A stretch of DNA of 64,000 nt. Origin: Macrostomum lignano (taxonomy: Eukaryota). Both the position numbers and the translations under genes were made by a program. Positions 21,603 to 35,200 of the stretch are shown here, piece by piece; position 1 is the stretch's first letter, and every line of letters begins with the position of its first letter. Location: assembly GCA_002269645.1 (NCBI GenBank), contig NIVC01002928.1:1-64000 (forward strand), written 5' to 3'. The notes under the pieces are model-generated. The model was not told where the DNA came from. It made no database searches and saw nothing but the letters and a program-made list of their open reading frames with translations.

Positions 21603-23234
21603 TATAGACTGAAACAATTAGGTTTTAAAAAGAAGAAATCTAAATTAAAATAAATTATCACAGATTAATTAAGAACAAAACTAACAAAAAAACAGATTAA
21701 ATATTCTCATGGTAAGTTAAGATAAAAATACAAATAAAATATGAGTACAAATCAGATTGTATTATTGGTAAATATACTTAGGATACTTATCTTTATTAAA
21801 AATATAAAGATGCTTTAAAAAGATGTTTATTGTATAGCTCAAAGAACAAAAATATATGTACAATTGATTACAGTTTTAGTAATTTTGAAAAAGTAAAAAA
21901 TTGCAAGTGACACACAAAGGTCATTGTCTTTTCTTATCTCTAGCTATTAAAGTTTTAATGTGCAACTGCTACTAACTTAAGCTTTTAATATGTTAGTCAT
22001 TTAGTTTTATGTTATTTGTCTTTTCATTTTTAGCATTTAAAAGTTCAATGTTTTTTAAAAAAACAGAAAAAGCCTTCTATAAATGGAAAAAATCAATGCA
22101 AATATTGTTTCCAACACTACCAAAGTTGGGTAATTTATAGCAAACATTGCTGCAGACTCAATTCCCATATTCCATGTGACTTATATGTAAATTTTGTTTA
22201 GAAATTTAGATGTTCTATTAAGCAGCATGTTTTTTTACAAAGGAAAAATGAAGAACCACCTATATACTATACTAAGGTAAAGGAACTTTGGATAAAATGA
22301 TCATTGCTACTTTGTAAACAATGTTGTAAGAATAAATAGATTGGTTACTTTAAAATAATTGATTATTGACTACACAATGAAAATTCTTGTTTAAATTACT
22401 AAAATATTAAGCATTTTTATTAGAACCTAATTTCAATCAAAACTGACTATTTCAATCAAATAAACAAATTGCCCTGTCTTGATAATGACTAATATAGTCA
22501 AAATGCATGGAAAAATAGAAACAGGTATTAATATTATCTTTTCTTTTTTTAAAAGATAGTTAAAATTATAAGTTAATTTTTTTCAATTGTATACATAGAT
22601 GGAAACATTTTAATTTTAGTTATAAGATTATTTAATATAATTATATCCTTTAATATTTATACTATTTTATCAAATCATATATACCCAACTGTTTATTAAC
22701 CTAGCCAATCTAACTAATAGAAATTGTGGTAAACCAAGGATAGGTAGCTACAAAATTGATTACCAAAATCAAAAGATGAGAAAGCAGAAAGCAAAGAAAC
22801 AAAAAAGCAAAAAAGCAAAAAAATGACAAATTAAAAACAGTATATAAAAACTAAATAAAAATCATAACACATTAATACAAAATGCAAAAATGTTCAAAAT
22901 GAAGCAAAATTATCAAATGAACAAATATTTTTTGAATAAATATAATGAGACCATACACTTTTAATACTTGGCCAACCTAGCCCATTTTGCTAGCAAAAGA
23001 TCTGGCCAAGGTAAATTGCAAAAACACTAACCTAAACATAAAAACATAGTACTATAGGACAAAAAGGCATTTTGCCTTAATAATACAGTTATTTTTTGCA
23101 ATTTATATAAAATTTTATAAATATTTGCTTTATTAAGGATTTTTTAATTTAGACAAGTTGCATTTTTGGTTAAAAAATTAGTTATAAGTAATATAAATCA
23201 TGGGGTTATACATATATACTGTAGGCATTAGATA

Positions 23235-23931
23235 TCATAGTGCGGAAGGACGGGTATACGCCAGAAATCTCCGTCGTACACAGGGATCACCTGTCGTACA
23301 TGTCGTACACCGCTAATTTTTGGGGGGCACTATGTCGTACACTGTCGTACATGTAAACATGTTACATGTCTGTCTGTCGTACACTTGTCAATGTCATACG
23401 ACTCATACGTGAAGTATAGACATAGTTAGTATTCCTTTGATGGACAATCGGACACCAGTACCATATACTTGTAGTCTTGTAACTAACTCATAACGTTGTT
23501 GTTAACGTATTGCATTGAAGCAAAGAAGTAAAAATTCAATAGTTGCACTTTTCCACTCAAAGGGTAATTTAAATTATCAGTATTATATTTGTACAAACTC
23601 TTAAATTCAATTTTATTGGTGCAAAACTATACTTGACATTGCAAGCAGAAAAGTACAATATATCTGTTGTTTTACTTTGCATATTAAAAAAATGCAATAT
23701 CAAGAATTTCCAGCACCTACCCACATATTCATGCCATTTTTTGCCCGTACCAACTACCAACACCTTACATTACTATGTAAATGCCACTATTTTTGTCATA
23801 CAGCACTTCCTTAAACTCTAACTCTGTCGTACAACACTAGTACCATTTTTTAATCCCTGTTGTACTGTTGTACAACAGGCCGAAATGAAAATTTACCTTC
23901 CGTTGTATACAGAAATCTTTCTGCACTATGG
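23235..23931. mobile_element. Non-autonomous DNA transposon (hAT/P-like), 697 bp
   Basis: TIRs (T/C)CATAGTGC(G/A)GAA(G/A)GA; 8-bp direct repeat ATTAGATA on both sides (23227-23234, 23932-23939); multiple subterminal GTCGTACA motifs. Confidence 0.75.
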
Positions 23932-26021
23932 ATTAGATACTATTTACAAAATAATTTTTTTGTCATTGTCATTTATATTTTAGGGATATAAGGCCTAATA
24001 ATCATCTCTAATTTTCTAATTTTTAGCTATTAGTCATTTATTAGGGGCCTATATTAAAGCAATAAAAATGATTATTAATATTATAAATCTAGTAAGCCTA
24101 TAAAAATATTTTGCTTTATCCTTTGGTTTAATAGACTTAAATGGATAATCTCTAATTGATAATGAATAATGTTCTCTATTTTGTTAATAGGATTTTATAA
24201 AATAGAATTTTAATAGGCCTATTAGCATTTTTAATTAAATAAGCACTAATGCTTTGATTCAAAATTTTTCATAAAAGTTATAGATTGGACCCTGTGTAGC
24301 TATGATAACTACATGTGACAAGTATGAGATTCAAATTATGCTTTTGCCTTCTATAACATTAATACCCTATATTAACTCTTTAGGCTCTTAGCTAAGCCTA
24401 GGCCTATATAGAAAATTCTGATGGCTAACTTGAATCAGTACAGTGTGCTTTCAGTATTCAGATAGACATTCAGTCAGGCTAACAGTAGCAGCATATTTAT
24501 CTTTGGTTCTAAAATATAAAATAGGAAATTTGGCTTTGCCAATGAGTAGCAGTAGTACTAAGTAACAAGAGCATTAGAGGAAATATGCTTGATTCCATAG
24601 AGACACATAGTAAAATAGAGAATAAACTTGCTTTTTAACAATCTGTTTCCTACGCTATAGCTTTGTGACACCCAAGATCTTTTTTATGCTTCGCGACGTG
24701 AGCCTCGAATCAGTTGGATCAGCTGGTTTCATTCAGGGACTCGAAAACAGTCATGCCACGGTAATATCGAAAACGAAAATTGTTTTCTCAGAAAATAAAG
24801 AGTTCATATACAATCAAGTCACTCGTAATAAAAACAAACAATAAAATAGAAAAAATTTTTATAAAATAAGGAAAACTTTTTAAAACAAAGCATGCATTTT
24901 TTAGGAAAAAATTATTCCTATTTATGATTTTTCAGTAGTCTAGCAAAGTTTAATGTATTTGAACTCTTAACTTTGAGAAACGGCTTGCAAACCTTATGGT
25001 TGATTGAAAGGTGACACGGTAAACAAGGGACGCCCAATCGCTACGACGGCGGCTTTGCTACTGGGTCCGTACTGCCTCCCTGTGGCGAACGCTATTCGCA
25101 TCGCAAAAAAGGGGGGAAAGAAGCTCATCACAAACAACCTGTGCATACATAATTTAATTTACATGTAAATGTACAACGTACACGTACACAGTGGCGTAGC
25201 CAGGAATTTCAATTGGGGGCCGGGCCGAGTCGGCTTGGCTGGCCATGCCTTAAGCCATTGCTACTTTTGGCGCTGCAGGCACTCATTTTGGCGCCGCAGG
25301 CACTCATTTTGGCTATAAAAAAATCGATTTTAACATGTACATATTGTAACAGTAAAACTAAGTGTAGAGATTCATTCATTCATAAAATGCTACTGTTAGT
25401 AGAGCAACACTAACACGCAAGAAAAAAAATAATGTTACACATTTATAGGTGGTAATATTTAAAAAAATGAATCATATGTTACTATATATTTAATATGACG
25501 CGCAAGAGATGAATCATGATAGCGTAAGCATGTGTAGCTCGACCTCAAATAAGGTACATGTTAAAAACGTCCTCTCCTATAGTCTTTGCTAGAATTTCTA
25601 CGATTTGACTTTAATTTCGGCCAATCAAATTAAACCGAGATAAACCAGTTTTCGCAAAATTTGTGTATAGATATGTACATGTACATAAATACAAACACTC
25701 CGAGAGCCCGAAAAACTTCAGAGTCAGAGCAGTCCCAATTAAGATTAATTTGGTTTGATACAATCGAGAGGATCGGTTCTTTGAGACAAATCCGTACCGT
25801 TTGGTAAGCCTTCTGTGACGTCTTTGTTATTTGATTATCGAGAGATGAATTGTTGTTAACCTGATGAATTGATTTCTGTTGAATTTTGAATTTTAATAGG
25901 CCTCAGCCATATTCCTACGGGATTGGCTATGATAGGATCCTTTTGACCGATGATGCCGATACTCGATTAAACGATTTACTGATTAACGATTGATTACGAT
26001 AACCATTGAAATTATGGGTAG

Positions 26022-26345
26022 CCCGACAACTGCCTGCACGACAACTGCCTGCACGACAACTGCCTGCACGACAACTGCCTGCACGACAACTGCCTGCACG
26101 ACAACTGCCTGCACGACAACTGCCTGCACGGCAACTGCCTGCACGACAACTGCCTGCACGACAACTGCCTGCACGACAACTGCCTGCACGACAACTGCCT
26201 GCACGACAACTGCCTGCTGCACGACAATTCTGCCTGCTGCACGACAACTGCCTGCGCGACAACTGTCTGCGCGACAACTGTCTGCGCAACAACTGCTGCC
26301 TGCTGCACGACAACTGCCTGCACGACAACTGCCTGCGGAAACAAC
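26022..26345. repeat. 15-bp minisatellite
   Basis: ACGACAACTGCCTGC. Confidence 0.95.
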
Positions 26346-27663
26346 TGCTTTTGTTCAAGTTAATAACTAAGTGAACAAATGTACTTTAGTAGCAAAAAAA
26401 TAGTTTCTGTCGATGTAGAATTTCGCGTGAGCAGTTAAATATAGATAATTCATACTTTTGAATTCATTACACTAATGAAACCTGTTTTTTATTTCTCTGT
26501 TTGGTATTTTGTATTTTCTTCTAATACTATAATAATATACTATGATGTTGCGCTCTGAGTTGTTGAACAAGCTCAGCTAGCAGTCTGCAGTTGTCTCCAG
26601 TCAGCTGTCGCCGCATGCAGGCAATTGTCGTAGAACCGCGGTACTACGAGCCCCGCAACAGTAAGTGAGCACTGATATCTGTTCCCTAGCCTGCAGACTT
26701 GCGGTCTGGAAATGGGAGTTCGTGCGCTTAGACACAAGCGCGCAGGCCATTTTTACGAGTATCCGGCACCAAGTCAGGAATTGCTTTATTTTCTCTATAT
26801 TTATTTTTCACAAACTTAAAATGTTCAGGCTTAAAATGTTAAAATGTTGCTATTAAAAATGGTAAAATGTTCAGTAGCTTCAGTAGCTTGTGCCAGACTC
26901 ATTCATTTAAGATGCGCGCTTGTGCCAGTTCGCGCTTGCGTCACTGAGAGCTTAATCGCGCTTAGTTAAAAAAATGCGCGCTTAATCATGCGTCCCATTA
27001 CGAGCGCGAGTATGTTGTATAGCGAATATTGAACTCTGCTACAGGGTACATATACTGAAGCAATCTATATGCATACCTTCACCATGTGTATTCACTGTTA
27101 CACAAAACCGTACGAACCGTACGCGAAAACATAAACATTAATTTCTAAAACTAACAATACGTTATATCCTCAAAAAAGAAAAAAATGACAGAGGTGAAGT
27201 TCAACACGGCCAATTCAAATCATGAATCGTCATAAATTCGGGTAACAGAACAGAATAATGAATAAGAATATTTCTCTTTTGAGAAGGGAATCCTATAATT
27301 AAGAGCCTTAACGCTGACAAAAGTAATTTATTTAATTTAAATTTAAAATTTAAATAAATTTAAACGAGTGCCAAGGCCATTGGCGTCAAATATTTCATTA
27401 AATAGCCGACAAAAGATACTCGTACTCGTATAGATCAAGTAGCTATAATTTACAACTAAAATAATTATATTTCAATTTCAGTACGAGTATCTACGACCGA
27501 ACGCTTTTCGTTTGAGACCCTACAGTTTTCACGGAATATAATAGATTACAGTATTATAACAAAGGAATTACGCTACAAAAAGTAGTCACAGGAAATTTTT
27601 TAAGGTCGAGAAAATTTGTAAATAATTTGATCAGTGAATCAATCAGTAAATTTGAAGGCCTCC

Positions 27664-28850
27664 TTACTCTTCATCCGGTGCAGCTGGGTTTTTATTGTCA
27701 ACTTTGAAGTCGAGGAGAAGTCCCGGCTCGTCTTCGAACTTTCTTCTCATCCAGTCGATATGGTCGGGGTGTTTCTTGCAATAGTTAAAACATTTCTGCT
27801 GCACTTCATCATTCTTGCTAGCAATTGTGTGCTCAAGTCGACAGAATTCTTTAGGGTAAATCGGATTGCAAACTTTAAAATGGTGCTCCACTTGATAGTA
27901 CTCCACTTCTCTTTGGCCCGGCCACTTGATCTGACGGCTCAATGTTTTGAGAATTTCAGCAATTCGCTCCTTCTCTGAGTTGAAATCTGCCGAGTTCTTG
28001 ACAGAATAGTACAATGTAAGGCCTGTCCTAGGAATGCTTGGAATCTCCGGTGCCGGTGACAGGTAATTTTCTTTATTTTCTACGCCGGGCACACATGGTT
28101 TCTGCAGTCGTGGCAGGTCAGAATTTGGAAGACATGTCTCCAATTGGCTTACAATTAATTTAAAACTGGGTCGCTCCTCGGGTTCCGATGCAAGCAGTAA
28201 TTTCATCACTTTTTCGTTGAGAAACTCAAATTTGTACTTCTTGTCCACCTCTTCTCCGAAAGTTGAACGCCCCGGTACATCTACATAGGTCGGTCGTTCC
28301 TGCGGAAACTCTCTAATCAGACACTCGAGCATGAGGACGCCGAATGAAAAGCAGTCGACCTTTAGTGTGTATTTGGACCTCCTATCCAGTTGGATTTCCG
28401 GTGCCATGTAAGGACCAGTTCCTTTGCCTCCGCTCTTTTCAGGGGTGTCATCTTTTCTGCTCAAATCGAGATCGCATACTTTGCAAATTGTACCGTCCTC
28501 AAACAGCAGAACGTTGCCACTCTTGACGTCTCTATGCAGGATATTTTTACGGTGCAAATAATCCAGACCTTCGGCGATCTGCTTCAGCCATGTTAAACAG
28601 CGGCGCATGGTGTAACCAGTGGCGATTTCATTAGATGTATCGCCAGGGAAAGTCGGGACCTCAGAATAGAGAAAACCGTACAGACTCTGCTCACCAGCTT
28701 CCATTACAAAGAAAATTGTCTCGCCGTCGTCTTTCATAGCAAATGTGGTTACAATATTTTTGTGATTACACTGCGAAAGTAGCTCATACTCCTGCTGCAG
28801 CTGCAACCTCTCTTCTTTGGTGTTGCAGATCGGTATCTTTTTGGCCAAAA
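27664..28850 (-). CDS. Protein kinase, TKL (TAK1/MLK-like) group, atypical; 5' end unresolved
   Basis: LAKK (beta3 Lys), QEYELL (alphaC Glu), HRDVKSGN, CDLDLSR (DFG position), GTGPYMAPE, DCFSFG, ERP; about 130-aa C-terminal extension; no in-frame ATG before the kinase domain (track start is TTG). Confidence 0.85.
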
Positions 28851-29309
28851 CTGTTCCAATCTGCAGTTTGGGTTTTAAATCGGATTGTGGAATCCAGTTT
28901 TTAATGAGTTTGTTAGTGCGTATGTTTTATACCGTTTTATTTAAAAAAAGGTTCACAGTGCGGATCGAGGCAATTCAAAAGGTTTTCGTCATTTTCCTCC
29001 GTCTAATTTGCCGCATCCTCTGCAATTGGCATGGTGCTTGCCCGTGCAGTGTTGTTTCAAAATGGTCAAAATTTACGAACGCGAATTGGCGTCAGATTAT
29101 AGCTAGCGAAACTGTTTACGACTAGCTACGAGTACACTTTGCTGCTTATATTGTCAAAAGAGCTCCATAATTGTTTCGCTCTCCCTTTGCCTGCAAACCC
29201 CTCTCTGCCCATGGATGATAAGAGCACAGGAAAAGAAATGGAAGGCGAGAGCATACATATAGCTCGTATCTGAATGGCCTTTACTCTACACTGCTTTTTT
29301 GACGCATGC

Positions 29310-29655
29310 ACATGCACCCTGGCGAAGATTGAGCGAGATTGTCACACAACCGGCGAGAGGCATTGCTGCCCATTCCGCCGACTCCCCTGAGCAGGCACAC
29401 AAGTGCGCGGATACGTACGCAGTCATACGCAAGGCACACACTCACGCAGGAGTGTACAGCTACCCTATAACTACCCTATTTATCGTTTAGGCATGTAAAC
29501 TTCATTGTGCCTTTGGGGGGGGGGGTTGGCCCTCAAGGCTATTAATTGCACGAGCAGAGCCAAGCCGAGATTCCAACTTAGCTTCAGATTAATGTGACTG
29601 CACTTGGGAATCGAGTCTGGGCCGCTGGCACATCAGAGCGCCGCGCCAGGCCAGA
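29310..29655 (-). mobile_element. Dispersed repeat family B (probable SINE)
   Basis: Reverse complement matches 56655-56915 (TTGGAATCTCGGCTTGGCTCTGCTCGTGCAATTAA...GCTGTACACTCCTG.GTGAGTGTGTGCC); weak A/B-box-like head near 29600-29655. Confidence 0.65.
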
Positions 29656-30167
29656 ATGTCTGCCGCATGTGTGTATAATGTAATTTTAGTCAGTCGCTTT
29701 GGTCTTAGCAGAAGTTGCTCAACTATGGGATGTTGAGCTGCTGCTGCATAGCTGCAGTATGCGGGACGTTGTGACTAGGAGCGTAGTGGACGAGAGTAAT
29801 TAAATAGTTGGATCTTCCCAATCCAGTTATTTCCCTGACCTTTCCAGACAATTGAAACTTGGCTAGCTTTTATGTACTTTTATTGGTCAAGTTGAATCGA
29901 AATGCTAATTCTCATTGACAACCTGCAGAATAGAGAGCAAATTTGACCCCAATGTTTTATAAAAATCGGAAAATCAGAAGTGTTTCAATAGCTAAAAGTT
30001 CAATAAATTCTCGCTCACCTTTTACTACGTATTGTCTACGAAATTAACATATAGTCTATGGCCCATGCCTCAGGACGTCACTCAGAAGATTACAGCAGAC
30101 TTTTGCTCAGCTTTTGGCGCAGATTCCACGCGCGCAATTTATTTTTGACTAACTAAACCCGCCCGCG

Positions 30168-31064
30168 ATGCTTCCCGACGGATTCAGCGACGAGGCCGAT
30201 CGGCGTTCCACCGCCCGCTGGACGCCGCCGTCGGCGCTGCCCGAAGCCACCGAGGCCGACCGGCAGCTGGTGCGAGCAACCCAAGCCGCAATTGACGCGG
30301 CCAGCGCCGAGTTGGACAGCAACTCGGATGAATTCGACGATCAAGAAATGGACAAACAACGCAAGTTGTCCCGATCACTCAAAGGCCGTGTCCGGTCATT
30401 CTTCCGCTCCGTGCTGAACAGCGGGGGAGGCGGAGGCGGCCGGCTGAATGTCAGCAACAGCACCGGCGCCGAGGGCAATCATCGCAAGACGACCGGCGGC
30501 TGCACTCGGCGACGCAGAAGGCCGAACGATCTCGACAAGCTGGAGAACGTGTCGAATACGAAGCCGGTGTCGCCGACACCACCACCTGCCAACGAGGCCC
30601 AGCAGCAGAAAAACGGCGGCAACGACCCAGATAATAAGGACGAAGCGCAGGCGGAGGATGAGCAGCTGCCACCAACGCCGCCGCCGCAGCCGGAGCCGGC
30701 CGAGGAACAGCAGCCGCCCGAGTCGCAGAAGCTGGCGCAATACCCGCCAATCGAACGGCCAAGGATTTTCCGCGGCGGTCCCACCACGGCCAGGCACAAA
30801 CAGACCCAACAGACTCTGTTCAACGAGTGCCGCGTGATTCCCGTAGCCACGCTGTACAAGAAGGTTGCCATGGTGCCGGGCAGGGGCCGGCTGTTCCTGT
30901 CGGCGCCCAACAACCCGCGCCCGCTGGGCAGCAACATGCTGTACGACATCGCATACGAGAACAGGCGGCATCACAGCGACTGCAATCGCGATTTCGCCAG
31001 AGCTGGCTTGAAGAAAATCTGCTCCAACTATTGCAAGCCTAGCCAGTTTCGCTATGTCTACTGA
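30168..31064 (+). CDS. Hypothetical protein, 298 aa, low-complexity N/middle region with a globular-looking C-terminus
   Basis: ATG-to-TGA ORF of high GC and coding-like codon use embedded in AT-rich flanks; no recognisable motif. Confidence 0.65.
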   Translation: MLPDGFSDEADRRSTARWTPPSALPEATEADRQLVRATQAAIDAASAELDSNSDEFDDQEMDKQRKLSRSLKGRVRSFFRSVLNSGGGGGGRLNVSNSTGAEGNHRKTTGGCTRRRRRPNDLDKLENVSNTKPVSPTPPPANEAQQQKNGGNDPDNKDEAQAEDEQLPPTPPPQPEPAEEQQPPESQKLAQYPPIERPRIFRGGPTTARHKQTQQTLFNECRVIPVATLYKKVAMVPGRGRLFLSAPNNPRPLGSNMLYDIAYENRRHHSDCNRDFARAGLKKICSNYCKPSQFRYVY

Positions 31065-32039
31065 CAAGTGGCCAGTAGTATGAGCCGCGAATTTTATTAA
31101 TTTTAAACAAAAACTCATATTTTTTATACGCTTATCTTGTCGAAAGAGCGCGGCTTAGCAGAAAACTGAAAAAATATCGACATGAGCGTTTTTTTAATTA
31201 CCACGCTTAGAAACTAAACACATCTTCGGTTGCCATCCCATCAATTGAAACACGCAAAATAGTTAAAAAAACAAATGCACTTATTAATTTTCATACATCA
31301 TCAATTTTTTTGACGGTCAAATAAACGAAAAACAGCATCGGCTAAAATATTAACTGATCAATCTTCATCAAAACTTTGATTGTGAAGCAAGTCAAACTTA
31401 TGCCAATACGTTCAAGCCGTTTGGAGAAAACTTTTGCAATGCAACTTTTGCCTGATTGTACATGCAGAACTTCTCTTTGTGGATGAATCATCTCTTCAAC
31501 CAGTTGCCGCAAATTATTCGCGTCGCAATCGCTACTTTCTACTATTGGCAGTAGAGAACTTCGCAAAGCGAAGCTAAACTGTCGTGACGAGAAACTAAAA
31601 TAAGAAATAAAAGAGCAGACAGAACGATTTCATTTCATTTCTCAAGCGAATCGCACCATTATTATTTCGGACAAAACAGCCAATTTACATGGGCTTACGA
31701 CAAATCAAGGATGGATATTGCTAGACTTTATACAGCAGCAGCGACAGGTAAGTGAAAAAATCTGCAGTTATAACAAATCCTAATACTGAGAACTCAATAC
31801 GAGACATGCCATTTGGGGTGAAAAATCGTTAAAAATAATAGATAATAAACAGACTCTGAATGACGGACTTGATTATAAACAAGGCTGAATTAATTTTAAA
31901 CAAAGCACCGATTAAAAAATTCATTGCGAGAAAAAATCTGTTGATTAAATTTAAAAGTTCTGACGAAATAAGGTGCGCTAAAGCAACTGAATGAAATATT
32001 GGCTTCCTGACCTGCACTGATCCTCAACTAAGGACATCC

Positions 32040-32265
32040 AACTCTACTCTACCCAAACCTACTTCTACCCAAATCTACCTTATTCTACCCAAACCTACCC
32101 TACTCTACCCAAACCTACCATACTCTACCCAAACCTACCCTACTCTACCCAAACCTACCCTACTCTACCCAATCCTACTCTACTTTACGCAAACATAATC
32201 TACTCTACCCAATCCTACCCTACTCTACCCAATCCTACCCTACTCTATTCAATCCTGCCCTAATC
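32040..32265. repeat. 20-bp minisatellite downstream of TTC38
   Basis: CTACCCAAACCTACCCTACT. Confidence 0.9.
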
Positions 32266-32289
32266 AACTCTCAAGTCCAAGTCAGAGCA

Positions 32290-35200
32290 TCACTCTGAGC
32301 AGGTCTCTCCGTGACGCAGGTGCTCCCGACGAAGGCGAGCCATCGCCGCATCGTCCTGTCGACCTTCGGCCTCCGCCGCGGCCAGCAGACTGCTCAGCAC
32401 GGGCCAGTCCTTGGCCAGGCAGGCCGACTGCGCCAGCACGCAGGTGAAAATCTCCCGCTGAGCCCGGCTGCCCCCGACGCCGGCCAGCCGGTGCCGCAGC
32501 GGGTGCAGCCGCCGGCACACCGCCGAGTGGTCGCCGGCGAGGAAATCTTGGGTAGCCGCCACCAGACCGGCGGCGCCGTCCTCGCCGAGGCCGCCGTCGA
32601 CGGCGATGCCGCGGCACAGTCGGACGCTGTGATGCCACTCCGGACGCTGTTTGATAGTGTCGGCCAGTCTGTCCGAGAATTCGGCCAGCTGATCTGTCCG
32701 GCCGGCGCAGGCCAGCGCCAGGGCCAGGTGGAAATCGTAAAACAGCAAATCATGACCAGGCGTGGCGCCGGCTTTGCAGGCGGGCGCGGTGGCGGCGGTC
32801 ATTTCGGTCAGGGCGGAGTCGCACAGCTCCTGCCAGCGCTTGCCGACGTCAACGCCGGCCACCTGGAAGCGGGGGTGGGGGTGAAAATTAAATTATTGAA
32901 AGTTTTGCTTTTACAGCAAGACAGTAAGTTTTGTTTCGACTTTTAAATGTTTGATTTGACCTTCAAGTGTTTCGTCAGACCTTTAAATGTTTTGATTGAC
33001 CTTGAAATGTTTCAAATGACCTTTAAGTGTCTACTTTAACCTTCAAATTTTCAGTTTGATATTCTAATGTTCCGTTTGACCTTCTAATGTCCTGTTTGAC
33101 CTTCGAATGTTCCGTTTGACCTTCTAATGTCCTGTTTGACCTTCGAATGTTCCGTTTGACCTTCTAATGTCCTGTTTGACCTTCAAATGTTCCGTTTGAC
33201 CTTTACACGTCTACTTTCACCGTAATATGTTTTCTTAACCATAAAAGCTATTTTTAACTCTAGCAATGGTTTATTTGTAGGCATCTCTGTGACATAAAAA
33301 ATGACAAGCAATAAACAGATGGCACTCACCTGCAGCCTAAACAGCAGTGACACGCAGTCCGATGCGGGAAAGGCTCCCTTGCTAGCAGTCAGCGCGTCCA
33401 GCATGAACTGATCGTACAACTCCAGAGCCCGGTCTGTCCGGCCCGTGTTCATATAAAACAGCGCAGTGTGCCAGGTGTTGTGACAGCTCAGATGGTTGCC
33501 GGGCAACCAGCCGGTCTCCCTGGTGCCGAGCATGTAGCCGAGGCCCTGAGCGTAGCGGCCAGTGGAGTGGAACACGTGAGCCATGGAGTGGTGGGCCCAC
33601 GGGTCGGCCGGGTTGAGCCACAGCGCGCTGTCCAGCACGTCGGTGGCTCGCTGGAACTGGTAGCACTCCTCTAGGCCGAACCCGTGACGGGACAGGGCGA
33701 ACGGCTTGAACACATTGGAGTTCGAGTAGTGCGGCACGACCTGGCGGGCGGGTTTGTTCGCCAGTTTTTACTCGCTTTCCTAGAAATACAATATTCTCGA
33801 TTCTCTTTAGGGGAGGGGCGATTCTCATGATGGGAGGGGCGATTCTCGTGAGGGGAGGGGCGATTCTCTTCAGGAGAGGGGCGATTCTCGTGATGGGAGG
33901 GGCGATTCTCTTCAGAAGAGGGGCGATTCTCGTGATGGGAGGGGCGATTCTCTTCGGGGAAGGGGCGATTCTCTTCAGGAGAGGGGCGATTCTCTTCGGG
34001 GAAGGGGCGATTCTCTTCAGGAGAGGGGCGATTCTCTTCGGGGGAGGGGCGATTCTCTTCGGGGAGGGGCGATTCTCTTCGGGGGAGGGGCGATTCTCTT
34101 CGGGGAGGGGCGATTCTCTTCAGGGGAGGGGCGATTCTCTTCGGGGGAGGGGCGATTCTCTTCGGGGGAGGGGCGATTCTCTTCGGGGGAGGGGCGATTC
34201 TTTTCGGGGGAGGGGCGATTCTCTTCAGGAGAGGGGCGATTCTCTTCGGGGGAGGGGCGATTCTCTTCGGGGGAGGGGCGATTCTTTTCGGGGGAGGGGC
34301 GATTCTCTTCGGGGGAGGGGCGATTCTCTTCGGGGGAGGGGCGATTCTCTTCGGGGAGGGGCGATTCTCTTCGGGGAGGGGCGATTCTCTTCGGGGGAGG
34401 GGCGATTCTCTTCGGGGGAGGGGCGATTCTTTTCAGGGAAGGCCATTCTCTTCAGCAGAAGGGTGGTTGTATTCAGGGGAGGGGCGATTCTCTTCGGGGA
34501 AGGGGCGATTCTCTTCAGGAGAGGGGCGATTCTCTTCGGGGGAGGGGCGATTCTCTTCGGGGGAGGGGCGATTCTCTTCGGGGGAGGGGCGATTCTCTTC
34601 GGGGGAGGGGCGATTCTCTTCGGGGGAGGGGCGATTCTCTTCAGGGGAGGGGCGATTCTCTTCGGGGGAGGGGCGATTCTCTTCGGGGGAGGGGCGATTC
34701 TCTTCGGGGAGGGGCGATTCTCTTCGGGGGAGGGGCGATTCTCTTCGGGGAGGGGCGATTCTCTTCGGGGAGGGGCGATTCTCTTCGGGGAGGGGCGATT
34801 CTTTTCGGGGGAGGGGCGATTCTCTTCGGGGGAGGGGCGATTCTTTTCGGGGGAGGGGCGATTCTCTTCGGGGAGGGGCGATTCTCTTCGGGGGAGGGGC
34901 GATTCTCTTCGGGGAAGGGGCGATTCTCTTCGGGGGAGGGGCGATTCTCTTCGGGGGAGGGGCGATTCTTTTCGGGGGAGGGGCGATTCTCTTCGGGGGA
35001 GGGGCGATTCTCTTCGGGGAGGGGCGATTCTCTTCGGGGGAGGGGCGATTCTCTTCGGGGAGGGGCGATTCTCTTCGGGGGAGGGGCGATTCTCTTCGGG
35101 AGAGGGGCGATTCTCTTCGGGGGAGGGGCGATTCTTTTCAGGGAAGGCCATTCTCTTCAGCAGAAGGGTGGTTGTATTCAGGGGAGGGGCGATTCTCGTG

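Noticed and set aside
25190-25215. CAGTGGCGTAGCCAGG MITE-type terminus
   Set aside because: No matching second terminus found in the window.
26620-26670. Putative first exon MQAIVVEPRYYEPRN with GTAAGT donor on the + strand
   Set aside because: No downstream exon identified, and it overlaps the inverted copy of the 15-bp repeat.
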